DNA of 64,000 bases from Candidatus Uhrbacteria bacterium CG10_big_fil_rev_8_21_14_0_10_48_16. GTDB lineage: Bacteria; Patescibacteriota; Patescibacteriia; UBA9934; GWF2-40-263. A program made the translations under genes and the position numbers. Positions 1 to 7,919 of the stretch are shown here, one piece after another. Position 1 is the stretch's first letter; each line of letters starts with the position of its first letter. Under the pieces are notes generated by a model that saw nothing but the letters and a program-made list of their open reading frames with translations, had not been told where the DNA came from and searched no databases. The DNA lies in contig PFEU01000006.1 of NCBI GenBank assembly GCA_002793515.1, positions 10,802 through 74,801 on the forward strand. The letters run 5' to 3'.

Positions 1-579
1 GAGATTCTTCTTCAGGAAAACTATCTTACTGAAGAAATAATCAAGCAAGCGGAGGAACGTTCTGTTACAAGCAAGAAAACACTTTTTGCAGATCTTTTAG
101 ATCAAAATATTTTAAGCAAAGACCTTATAGGACAAGCGATTGCGGAATCGTTTGGGATATCTTATTCAGATCTGAATTCTCATCAGCCTTCTAAAGAAGA
201 TGTTCTTAAGATTCCAGAAGAATTCGCTAAAGAGCATCGCTGTGTTTTTTTAAAAGAGAATGAAGAGACAAAGCAGGTGACGATTACAACAGACGATCCC
301 ACACAAGAACTTGCGACAGGATTAGCTTCATTGTTCCCAGATAAACAGGTAATCATTACGTATTCATTGGGAGAGGATATTGATACAGCGTTTTTTAATT
401 ATCAAAAAACGCTAGATACTCGATTTTCAAAAATTATTGAGTCGAAACGACACATTGCTCCTGAAATTTTGCAACAAATTTTTGAGGACGCTTTTATATT
501 TCATGCGTCCGATATCCATTTCGAACCCCGTCCGAAGGAGGTTGTTATTCGATTTCGTGTTGACGGTGTATTGCATTAG
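1..579 (+). CDS. pilB: Type II/IV secretion ATPase (GspE/PilB/ComGA family), N-terminal segment. It starts upstream of the window and ends at an in-frame TAG (577-579).
   Basis: Frame-1 translation from nt 1 gives a GspE N-terminal-domain-like sequence (EILLQENYLTEEIIKQAEERS...) leading into ...ASDIHFEPRPKEVVIRFRVDGVLH*. The same frame continues into the ATPase core after the stop. Confidence 0.7.
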   Translation, partial: EILLQENYLTEEIIKQAEERSVTSKKTLFADLLDQNILSKDLIGQAIAESFGISYSDLNSHQPSKEDVLKIPEEFAKEHRCVFLKENEETKQVTITTDDPTQELATGLASLFPDKQVIITYSLGEDIDTAFFNYQKTLDTRFSKIIESKRHIAPEILQQIFEDAFIFHASDIHFEPRPKEVVIRFRVDGVLH

Positions 580-1632
580 GCAGGGACGATTCCAAAAGAA
601 CACTATGAGAACATCCTTAATCGCATCAAGGTTCAAAGTAGATTGCGTATAGATGAACACTTTGCGGCACAAGATGGCTCAATGCGTTTTGAGAAAGGTG
701 AGACGGTTTTTGATCTACGCACGTCTATTGTACCAACGGTTGAGGGAGAAAAAATCGTGCTTCGAATACTTGCAGCCTATGTACAAGGATTTGGTTTGAG
801 TAATCTAGGAATGTCTGAAGCGCACCAACGTATATTGGCAGAAGTTGCACAAAAGCCGTTTGGAATGATTCTTGTGACAGGACCAACAGGAAGCGGCAAA
901 ACCACGACACTATATGCCGTACTCAAATTACTTCATCATCCAGACGTGAACATCACAACCATTGAGGATCCGGTGGAATATAAAGTTATCGGCATCAATC
1001 AGATTCAGGTAAATCCTCAGACAAATCTTACTTTTGCCAAAGGCTTACGTTCTATCGTAAGACAAGACCCAGATATTATTCTCGTTGGAGAAATTCGTGA
1101 TGAGGAAACAGCAGAGATTGCCGTAAATGCGGCGCTTACTGGGCATCTTCTTCTTTCTACCTTTCATGCAAATGACGCAGCTACGGCGATTCCAAGACTA
1201 TTGGATATGAAGGTGGAGCCATTTCTTCTTGCTTCGACCATTGAGGTCATTATTGCTCAGCGTCTCGTGCGAAAAATTTGTATCACTTGTCGTTATAGTA
1301 TTTCATCTACGTCCAAGAAAATTGGGGAAGCATTTCCTGGGGCAAAAGATTTTTTTCAAGAAAAAAAGATAACACTGTATGCCGGTAAGGGATGTGATGC
1401 GTGTGGACATACAGGATATCAAGGTCGGGCAGCTATTTTTGAATTTATTCGCGTGACGCCTGATCTGCAGGATCTTATTCTAAACAATCCCTCAACAAAA
1501 GAGATTTGGAAACTCGCAAAAGCACAGGGTTCAAAAACGGTTTTTGAAGACGGAATTGAAAAAGTGAGAAATGGAACAACGACACTTGAGGAATTGGTTC
1601 GTGTTGCACCTCCTGTAACCATAGAGTCTTGA
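580..1632 (+). CDS. pilB: GspE/PilB-family ATPase, C-terminal catalytic segment. Same frame as 1-579; the ORF track starts it at TTG 643.
   Basis: Motifs seen: ...IPKEHYENILNRIKVQSRLRIDEH...; Walker A LVTGPTGSGKTT; Walker B DPDIILVGEIRDEETA; His box TGHLLLSTFHAND; tetracysteine CITCRYS...CDACGHTGYQGR. Confidence 0.8.
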   Translation, partial: AGTIPKEHYENILNRIKVQSRLRIDEHFAAQDGSMRFEKGETVFDLRTSIVPTVEGEKIVLRILAAYVQGFGLSNLGMSEAHQRILAEVAQKPFGMILVTGPTGSGKTTTLYAVLKLLHHPDVNITTIEDPVEYKVIGINQIQVNPQTNLTFAKGLRSIVRQDPDIILVGEIRDEETAEIAVNAALTGHLLLSTFHANDAATAIPRLLDMKVEPFLLASTIEVIIAQRLVRKICITCRYSISSTSKKIGEAFPGAKDFFQEKKITLYAGKGCDACGHTGYQGRAAIFEFIRVTPDLQDLILNNPSTKEIWKLAKAQGSKTVFEDGIEKVRNGTTTLEELVRVAPPVTIES

Positions 1633-1636
1633 TTCT

Positions 1637-3091
1637 ATGACCGTTCCTTCAAAAAAAAGCACCCAGGGAAAAAAACAATCCAATTCCCGTAAAGGAAGTT
1701 GGTTTAGGATTATCCATCTGGGCCTAGGTAAGGAGCGTGATTACTTGATTGAGAATTTAAGCATGCTTGTTGCGGGTGGTATGACCGTACCCTCGGCGAT
1801 TGACGCCGTGAGTGAGGATCTGCGCAGTAAAAGCATGAAAAAAATTCTTGCTGAACTACGAGAGGATATTGATAGTGGTTCTTCATTATGGAGGGCCTTT
1901 GAACACGCTGGAATTTTCCGTGACCACACCATCTCGCTCATTCGCCTCGGCGAGGAAACGGGAAAATTGTCAGACAACCTAAAACTCGTTGCAGAGCAAG
2001 AAGAGAAGGATCGTATTTTTCGATCAAAAATCAAATCTGCAATGATGTATCCCGTTTTTGTGCTATCCCTTACCATTGTTGTTGGGGTGGCAATTGCGTG
2101 GTTTATTCTCCCGCGTCTTGCAACGGTATTTGCACAATTACGCGTTGATCTCCCGTTGCTTACGAAGTGGCTTATTGCCTCAGGGGAGTTCTTGGGTGCG
2201 TATGGAACGATTGCGATTCCGATCTTCTTTCTTGGAATCGGTTTCATTCTTTTTTTTACGTTTTATTTCGCAAAAACAAAGTTTATCGGTCAGGCATTAC
2301 TTTTTTCGGTTCCAGGAATTAAGAAATTATTTCAGGAGGTAGAGTTGGCACGGTTTGGGTATCTCCTAGGCACTCTTCTTGAGGCAGGAGTTCCTGTTAC
2401 GCAGGCCCTTCAATCGCTTTATGATGCCACATTGTTTCCTCGATATAAGAAGTTGTACATACACCTTCGAGATTATGTACAAGAAGGGAATTCATTCCAA
2501 AAAAGTTTTGCAAGCTATAAGAAATCCTCGGTTCTTGTCCCTACGACTATTCAACGATTGATCATAACGGGAGAACAGTCTGGTCATTTGTCAGAAACAT
2601 TACTCAAAATAAGTTCAACGTTTGAAGAGCGAACGGAGAACACAACAAAAAATGTATCAGTTATTCTTGAGCCGGTGTTGCTGGTTATTGTATGGCTGGG
2701 TGTTGTTGCTGTCGCTCTTGCGGTCGTTTTGCCTATTTATAGTTTGATTGGTGGGTTAAATACGGATCCCTCTCAGCAACAAGAACAACGTGTGTCCCAG
2801 GATTCTTCTATTTTCATACAACCAAATGAGGAAGAATCCGTTGAGCTCCTTCCACAAGAATCATTAGAAGAAGGTATCTCGCCAGCATTTTTAGAGATAT
2901 TACCTACAAGTTTTGGGTTTTTAAATGTCAGGGATGCATCGTCCCTGACAGGAGTTATTATTGGTCGTGTTACTTCTGGAGCCGTATATGAATATACGAG
3001 CGAACGAGATGGTTGGTATGAAATTATTCTAGAAACCACTGAAACAGGTTGGGTGTTTGGTGAATATGTCAACATTATTGAAACTCCGTAG
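1637..3091 (+). CDS. pilC: Type IV pilus assembly platform protein (PilC/GspF/ComGB family) with a C-terminal SH3b-like domain.
   Basis: GspF-type repeats and three hydrophobic segments. Translational coupling to pilB (4-nt gap). C-terminal ~80 aa (GFLNVRDASSLTGVIIGRVTSGAVYEYTSERDGWYEIILETTETGWVFGEYV) matches the bacterial SH3_3 pattern. Confidence 0.85.
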   Translation: MTVPSKKSTQGKKQSNSRKGSWFRIIHLGLGKERDYLIENLSMLVAGGMTVPSAIDAVSEDLRSKSMKKILAELREDIDSGSSLWRAFEHAGIFRDHTISLIRLGEETGKLSDNLKLVAEQEEKDRIFRSKIKSAMMYPVFVLSLTIVVGVAIAWFILPRLATVFAQLRVDLPLLTKWLIASGEFLGAYGTIAIPIFFLGIGFILFFTFYFAKTKFIGQALLFSVPGIKKLFQEVELARFGYLLGTLLEAGVPVTQALQSLYDATLFPRYKKLYIHLRDYVQEGNSFQKSFASYKKSSVLVPTTIQRLIITGEQSGHLSETLLKISSTFEERTENTTKNVSVILEPVLLVIVWLGVVAVALAVVLPIYSLIGGLNTDPSQQQEQRVSQDSSIFIQPNEEESVELLPQESLEEGISPAFLEILPTSFGFLNVRDASSLTGVIIGRVTSGAVYEYTSERDGWYEIILETTETGWVFGEYVNIIETP

Positions 3092-3521
3092 GAAACAGGG
3101 ATTCACATTATTGGAGGTCCTGTTGTCAGTGGCAGTCATAGCACTGATCGCTGGTTTAGGAACTCCGATTTATCAGTCATTTCAAGTACGAAATGATTTA
3201 GATATTGTGGCACATTCTCTTGTGGGATCACTCAGACGTGCACAGGTTTTAAGTCAGGCGGTCGACGGAGACACCGTGTGGGGAATTTCTGTACAGAGTG
3301 GAGCCGTTACGTTGTTTCAGGGTTCAAGTTATGTTCTGCGTGATGTACGTTTTGACGAAGTGTTTGATGTGCCCAGAAGTATTACCCCATCAGGAGTTTC
3401 AGAAATTGTTTATGAAAAATTTACGGGTGAACCTCAAACTTCAGGCACCGTCACACTCACTTCAACGACGAATGAGACCAGGACGATTACCATCAATGAA
3501 AAAGGAACAATTACATTCTAA
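3066..3521 (+). CDS. Prepilin-type pseudopilin (GspH/ComGC-like).
   Basis: N-terminus MSTLLKLRRKQG|FTLLEVLLSVAVIALIAG is a class III signal with G-1/F+1/E+5. It overlaps the pilC stop (operon). TTG 3057 and GTG 3060 are alternative starts. Confidence 0.7.
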   Translation: MSTLLKLRRKQGFTLLEVLLSVAVIALIAGLGTPIYQSFQVRNDLDIVAHSLVGSLRRAQVLSQAVDGDTVWGISVQSGAVTLFQGSSYVLRDVRFDEVFDVPRSITPSGVSEIVYEKFTGEPQTSGTVTLTSTTNETRTITINEKGTITF

Positions 3522-4128
3522 TCATAACGTTCTCCAAACCACAGCAGAGAATGTGGTGGGTTTTTCGTTAGTAGAAGTTATTCTTTCTACCTCAATTTTT
3601 GTTTTACTTATCACTGCGCTGATTGGTAGTTATCTCTATGGGCAAGAGTCAACTATGCTTGCTGGTAATCGAGCACGAGCGACCTTTCTAGCCGAAGAAG
3701 GATTGGAAGCCGTACGGAATATCCGCGATGCTGATTTTATAAATATCTCAAGCGGTACGTACGGTCTTGCCATATCAGGAAACCAATGGATCTTATCAGG
3801 CTCATCAGATGTAAACGGTCTATTTACTCGTACACTGACTATTACGGACATAGATTCAAATAGAAAAGACGTCTTAAGTACTGTCTCGTGGCAACAAAAT
3901 GCTTCCCGCTCTGGTTCAGTAACAGTTGCTACACGGGTGACTCGTTGGCAAGATAGTGCTCCACCGGTGGATTCCTGCAACGGCTATGCCGTGCAAGAAG
4001 GGTATGTGTCAGGAACATGTAGACAGAATACGAAACAATGTTCTAACAACGGAGAGGATTATCTTCCGGATGGAGATCCGTATTGTATTGGTGGGCCATC
4101 TGCTGATACGTGCTGTGCGTTGCCATAA
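3496..4128 (+). CDS. Prepilin-like minor pilin with a Cys-rich C-terminal module.
   Basis: ...NVVG|FSLVEVILSTSIFVLLITALIG prepilin motif. C-terminus has 7 Cys (CNGYAVQEGYVSGTCRQNTKQCSNNGEDYLPDGDPYCIGGPSADTCCA). Start uncertain (ATG 3496 vs GTG ~3553). The ORF-track N-terminus (3298-) overlaps the previous gene in another frame. Confidence 0.55.
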   Translation: MKKEQLHSNHNVLQTTAENVVGFSLVEVILSTSIFVLLITALIGSYLYGQESTMLAGNRARATFLAEEGLEAVRNIRDADFINISSGTYGLAISGNQWILSGSSDVNGLFTRTLTITDIDSNRKDVLSTVSWQQNASRSGSVTVATRVTRWQDSAPPVDSCNGYAVQEGYVSGTCRQNTKQCSNNGEDYLPDGDPYCIGGPSADTCCALP

Positions 4129-4130
4129 CT

Positions 4131-4646
4131 ATGAAAACGAATAATTCTAAAAAAGGATTTACTCTTATTGAATTAGTGCTCTATGTGGGGATTGCTTCAG
4201 GAATTCTTTTGGTATCCACGCTTTTTTTGCAGACCCTCCTTGAATCGAGAGTGAAGAACCAAACGATCGCTGAAGTAGAACAGCAGGGCTTGCAGGTCAT
4301 GCATTTGATTGCGCAAACAGTCCGTAACGCCGAAAACATAACTTCACCGACGATTGGCGGGAGCGCGGGATCACTTACGCTCGATGTGGTGAATATCGTT
4401 GATGATCCAACCGTTTTTTATGTTTCGGGTGACAGCATTCAGATGACAGAAGGGGCTGGGTCGACCATCGCGCTCACGAACTCGCATGTTGCTGCTTCGG
4501 CACTCACATTCCAGAATCTCTCACGGCCAGATACTCCTGGCATCGTGCGTGTTTCATTTATTTTGACTCATGTAAATTCTTCGGGTCGACAGGAATACGA
4601 ATTTAGTAAAACATTTTATGCAAGCGCCTCCTTACGACATCCGTAA
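4131..4646 (+). CDS. Prepilin-type pseudopilin.
   Basis: MKTNNSKKG|FTLIELVLYVGIASGILLV class III signal. ATG 4131 follows the previous stop by 2 nt. Confidence 0.7.
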   Translation: MKTNNSKKGFTLIELVLYVGIASGILLVSTLFLQTLLESRVKNQTIAEVEQQGLQVMHLIAQTVRNAENITSPTIGGSAGSLTLDVVNIVDDPTVFYVSGDSIQMTEGAGSTIALTNSHVAASALTFQNLSRPDTPGIVRVSFILTHVNSSGRQEYEFSKTFYASASLRHP

Positions 4647-5034
4647 TGCACACCAAGGATTTATCACGTTAATAAGTGTTATTATTGTTGGAGCGGTAGG
4701 AACTTCAATCGCCGTATCCGTCATTTTATTAGGTCTCAGTTCGTCCAGAACAAGTTTTGCTATTGAGCAATCAAGTCAAGCTAAGGCGCTTGTGAACGCC
4801 TGTGTTGAGGAGGCGCTTCAGCAGATCAGAGATTCGATCCCATATACCGGAAGTGGAAGCCTCATATTTGGGCAAGGGGACTGTTCCTATGTCGTGACAA
4901 GTCAGGGTGGACAAGATAGAACCATAACCGCATTAGGGACCGTTGGGACGATTGTGAGAAAAGCGGAAGTTGTTATTAATACGATTACCCCCTCGATAGG
5001 GGTAGTATCGTGGCAAGAATTGTCTGATTTCTAA
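4618..5034 (+). CDS. Minor pilin-like protein (no E+5; GspK/PilX-like).
   Basis: ...RNAHQG|FITLISVIIVGAVGTSIAVSVILLG: hydrophobic prepilin-like N-terminus lacking Glu5. Overlaps the previous gene by 29 nt. Confidence 0.5.
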   Translation: MQAPPYDIRNAHQGFITLISVIIVGAVGTSIAVSVILLGLSSSRTSFAIEQSSQAKALVNACVEEALQQIRDSIPYTGSGSLIFGQGDCSYVVTSQGGQDRTITALGTVGTIVRKAEVVINTITPSIGVVSWQELSDF

Positions 5035-5098
5035 AAAAAAATGATATACTAAACACATACATTCAATTATAAAATCGATTATAAGCCATATCTCGTAT

Positions 5099-5551
5099 AT
5101 GAAAAAAATGCATCATGTGAAATCAAATCAAGGCTTTACTCTTTTGGAAATTCTTCTCGTTGTCGCCACCATCGCTATTTTAGCCGGTATCGTTATTGTC
5201 GCCTTGAATCCGAATAAACAACTTGGAGATACACGAAATTCTCAGCGTCGCAGTGATGTGAATACTATTTTGAATGCCGTATATCAATATACAATCGATA
5301 ATGATGGTGTATTGCCGACCAACATCACCACAACACAAACGGAAATCTGTAAAACGGGTGGGACCTGTACGGGTCTTATTGATCTGTCTGTTTTAACAGC
5401 GGATGAAAAGTATATAATTTCAATGCCATTTGATCCTACAGGCGGATCAACAAATGGTGCAGGTTATGAAATCAAAAAGAGCGCCAATGGTCGTATTACG
5501 GTTGTGGCTCCCGATGCCGAACAATCAGCGTCTATTAGTGTGACAAGGTAA
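5099..5551 (+). CDS. Type IV pilin / ComGC-like major (pseudo)pilin.
   Basis: [12 protein letters not shown]|[26 protein letters not shown] is a canonical class III signal with Glu5. It is preceded by an AT-rich intergenic region carrying TGATATACT (5041-5049). Confidence 0.75.
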   Translation: MKKMHHVKSNQGFTLLEILLVVATIAILAGIVIVALNPNKQLGDTRNSQRRSDVNTILNAVYQYTIDNDGVLPTNITTTQTEICKTGGTCTGLIDLSVLTADEKYIISMPFDPTGGSTNGAGYEIKKSANGRITVVAPDAEQSASISVTR

Positions 5552-5556
5552 ATTCT

Positions 5557-6117
5557 GTGATTTTACGTAAAAAAATCCTGGTTGCAGAAGACGAACCTGT
5601 ATCCGGTATGATTCCCAAGGCTGGTACGATATTAAAATCACATCATATGGATGATGCTACTTACAAAGAGATTAAAAATGACATGATTACTTTTTTGAAA
5701 GAGAAGTTTGTCATGGATTTAGCTACTTGTGTCGATAATAAGCCAGCCGTAGCTCCCGTAGTGTATGTGATTGATGAGGATTTGCAGTTTTATTTTGTTA
5801 CCTACACAAACACATTAAAATCAAATAATCTCATAAAAAATCCCCAGTGTAGTTTTGTTATTTGGGAGTTTCTAAAAATGAGTGTTCAAGCTAGTGGTGT
5901 TGCCAGTGTTGTAGAAGACGAGGCGAAAAAAGAGTGGGTCATTGAAGCTTTTGCGGATGCAGCCACGAAAGATCCAAATTTTTGGGCCCCTATTTTCAGG
6001 ATCAAAAGAGGTGATTATATGGTTTTTCAGATTAAACCAACCTGGATGAGAGTTCTGGATTTAACTCATAGCACAGTCCGTCAAATAAAATCTCCGTTCA
6101 CGGAGATTAAGATGTAA
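5557..6117 (+). CDS. Pyridoxamine 5'-phosphate oxidase-like FMN-binding split-barrel protein (general stress protein 26-like), paralog A.
   Basis: Paralogous to 6525-7007 (KEKFVMDLATCVDNKPAVAPVVYV...NPQCSFVIWEF...PTWMRVLDL). The N-terminal 30 aa (MILRKKILVAEDEP...) may not be translated; an internal Met at 5647 is an alternative start. Confidence 0.6.
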   Translation: MILRKKILVAEDEPVSGMIPKAGTILKSHHMDDATYKEIKNDMITFLKEKFVMDLATCVDNKPAVAPVVYVIDEDLQFYFVTYTNTLKSNNLIKNPQCSFVIWEFLKMSVQASGVASVVEDEAKKEWVIEAFADAATKDPNFWAPIFRIKRGDYMVFQIKPTWMRVLDLTHSTVRQIKSPFTEIKM

Positions 6118-6118
6118 T

Positions 6119-6520
6119 ATGTCAGACAATAACCTAAAATCCATTCTCATTTTGCTGAACGATGTTGATCTTGTTCTTTTAAATGTGATGAAGACAAAAT
6201 TTAAGAAGGAAAATGGATGGGAATCACATATAGCAACTTCTTATAATGACGCTGTTAAAGCGTTTGAAGCTTTTGAACACATCGATGGAGTGCTTACGGA
6301 GATCATCATTAATGATGCATCTGGAAGAACAGGCTTTGATTTTATTGAAGAAATACAAAGCACGAAAAAAGGAGCTGATGCAAAAGTCGTAGTTTTTACA
6401 GATTTAGGATTAGAAGAAGATAAGGAAAGAGCTAAAGCTTTGGGTGTTGATCACTATTTTATTAAAAGTAGAATTACGTTGAATGAATTATCTCAAGAAC
6501 TTAAGAAAATAATTCAATAA
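6119..6520 (+). CDS. Single-domain CheY-like receiver protein (possibly an atypical or pseudo-receiver).
   Basis: About 130 aa with alpha/beta receiver-like periodicity (ILILLNDVDLVLL, VLTEIIINDASGRTGFDF, VVVFTDLG, KSR). ND replaces the usual N-terminal DD pair. Confidence 0.5.
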   Translation: MSDNNLKSILILLNDVDLVLLNVMKTKFKKENGWESHIATSYNDAVKAFEAFEHIDGVLTEIIINDASGRTGFDFIEEIQSTKKGADAKVVVFTDLGLEEDKERAKALGVDHYFIKSRITLNELSQELKKIIQ

Positions 6521-6524
6521 AATC

Positions 6525-7007
6525 ATGATTTCAATAACAAAAGACATAACAAATTTCCTCAAAAAGAAATTTGTTATGAATTTGGCCACGTGTGTTGAGA
6601 ATAAACCAGCTGTAGTTCCTGTCGTTTATGTCATGGATGAAGTGTACAATTTTTACTTCATCACATACAGGAACTCGCTGAAATCAAAAAATCTCATGGA
6701 GAATCCCCAGTGTAGTTTTGTCATTTGGGAGTTTCTAAAAATGAGTGTTCAAGCTAGTGGTGTTGCCAGTGTTGTAGAAGACGAGGCGAAAAAAGAGTGG
6801 TTTGTTAAAGAATATTCAGACAAATCCACAAATGACCCAAATTTTTGGGACCCTATGTTTAGGATGAAAATAGAGGAGTATGTCATTTTTGTCATACGTC
6901 CTACATGGATGAGGGTACTTGACCTCTCACATAGTACTGTCCGACAGGAAAAATCGCCGTTCACGGAGATAAGAATTCCAATCAAGGAAAGTGGTTTGGA
7001 ATCATAA
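6525..7007 (+). CDS. PNPOx-like FMN-binding split-barrel protein, paralog B.
   Basis: KKKFVMNLATCVENKPAVVPVVYV...NPQCSFVIWEFLKMSVQASGVASVVEDEAKKEW...PTWMRVLDLSHSTVRQ. It shares a ~97-nt near-identical tract with paralog A. Confidence 0.65.
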   Translation: MISITKDITNFLKKKFVMNLATCVENKPAVVPVVYVMDEVYNFYFITYRNSLKSKNLMENPQCSFVIWEFLKMSVQASGVASVVEDEAKKEWFVKEYSDKSTNDPNFWDPMFRMKIEEYVIFVIRPTWMRVLDLSHSTVRQEKSPFTEIRIPIKESGLES

Positions 7008-7124
7008 GGATTATGTCGTATATGATTATCTTGAGAATCTTTAGGAGATAACGGAATCATCTCATTTGACGCAAGGCATCACGAATCCGTTATCGTTTTA
7101 GGGAAATAAATGCATGATATGAAA

Positions 7125-7150
7125 ACACCTCAGTTGCCTGAGGTGTTTTT
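7125..7150. terminator. Bidirectional rho-independent terminator between convergent genes.
   Basis: acacctcag-ttgc-ctgaggtgt hairpin followed by TTTTTG on + and T-rich on -. Confidence 0.5.
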
Positions 7151-7162
7151 GTTTCGTTTATC

Positions 7163-7891
7163 CTACAGTGCGTTTGCTTCCTTTTCTGCTTGCTCTTTAT
7201 CGTGTTCGAGTTTCTTGTCTTCTTTGTCGATTTCCTCTTCTGCCACTGAGCGTTTGACGTACAGGTTCATGAGGGAGAAGACGACCATGCTGGCGAAGAC
7301 GATACTCACGGCGTTGATGAGGAAGAGAATGAATGAATCAGTCATCATCGCCCAATCAAATCGTGCAAGGCCGATTCCGGTGACGGCAATGGGGGGGATC
7401 AGTGCGACAGAAATCGCGACACCAGGGAGACTTGCATTGAGGTTTGGCTTGATAAGAGCGAAGGACGCAGCGAGTCCTGCGACGACGGCAACCGCAATAT
7501 AGAGAATGGATGGTTCTGTGCGAGAAAGAATTTCAGGATTGAGTTCTGGGCTGAGCCCCGCTTGAGAGGCAAATAAAAGTGTTGCAATCGAGGCAAAAGG
7601 AATAGACCAGGCGATCGCTTTTGTGAGCGTGAATAGCGAACGAAAAATAAGTCGACTATCTGCCATGACCACTCCTAGAGAGATTCCAAGAATCGGCGAG
7701 AGGAGCGGGGCAATCAACATCGAACCAATAATAACGGCGGGACTATTTAAGAGGAGGCCGAAGACGGCCATGAGGACGGAAAGAATCGCAAGAAGAAAGA
7801 AATCGTCGCGGGGGGTACTTTCCTCAATCAACCGCTTCACCGCGGTTGTTTTATCTTGTTCGGTCATTGCGTGAAAGAGTGTCGTTGCCAT
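7163..7891 (-). CDS. Hydrophobic membrane protein (DUF389-like) with a charged coiled C-terminal tail.
   Basis: Multiple TM segments (LLAILSVLMAVFGLLLNSPAVIIGSMLIAPLLSPILG...). C-terminus EEEIDKEDKKLEHDKEQAEKEANAL. The start is taken at MATTLF to avoid overlap with the divergent antiporter gene. Confidence 0.45.
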   Translation of the reverse strand: MATTLFHAMTEQDKTTAVKRLIEESTPRDDFFLLAILSVLMAVFGLLLNSPAVIIGSMLIAPLLSPILGISLGVVMADSRLIFRSLFTLTKAIAWSIPFASIATLLFASQAGLSPELNPEILSRTEPSILYIAVAVVAGLAASFALIKPNLNASLPGVAISVALIPPIAVTGIGLARFDWAMMTDSFILFLINAVSIVFASMVVFSLMNLYVKRSVAEEEIDKEDKKLEHDKEQAEKEANAL

Positions 7892-7919
7892 AGTGCCTCT
7901 ATGGTATAATTTACTGACT

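Noticed and set aside
1741-2342. ORFs antisense to or overlapping pilC (1741-2247 -, 2058-2342 +).
   Set aside because: They lie inside a well-supported pilC coding frame and have no independent signals.
3298-3495. N-terminal 66 codons of ORF 3298-4128.
   Set aside because: This stretch overlaps the preceding pseudopilin gene in another frame and reads as nonsense (MEPLRCFRVQVMFCVMY...). The real gene begins near the prepilin motif (3496 or 3553).
7110-7596. ORFs 7110-7502 (+) and 7399-7596 (-) of 130 and 65 aa.
   Set aside because: They are antisense or out-of-frame within the DUF389-like membrane-protein gene. Low-complexity Ser/Ala-rich translations.
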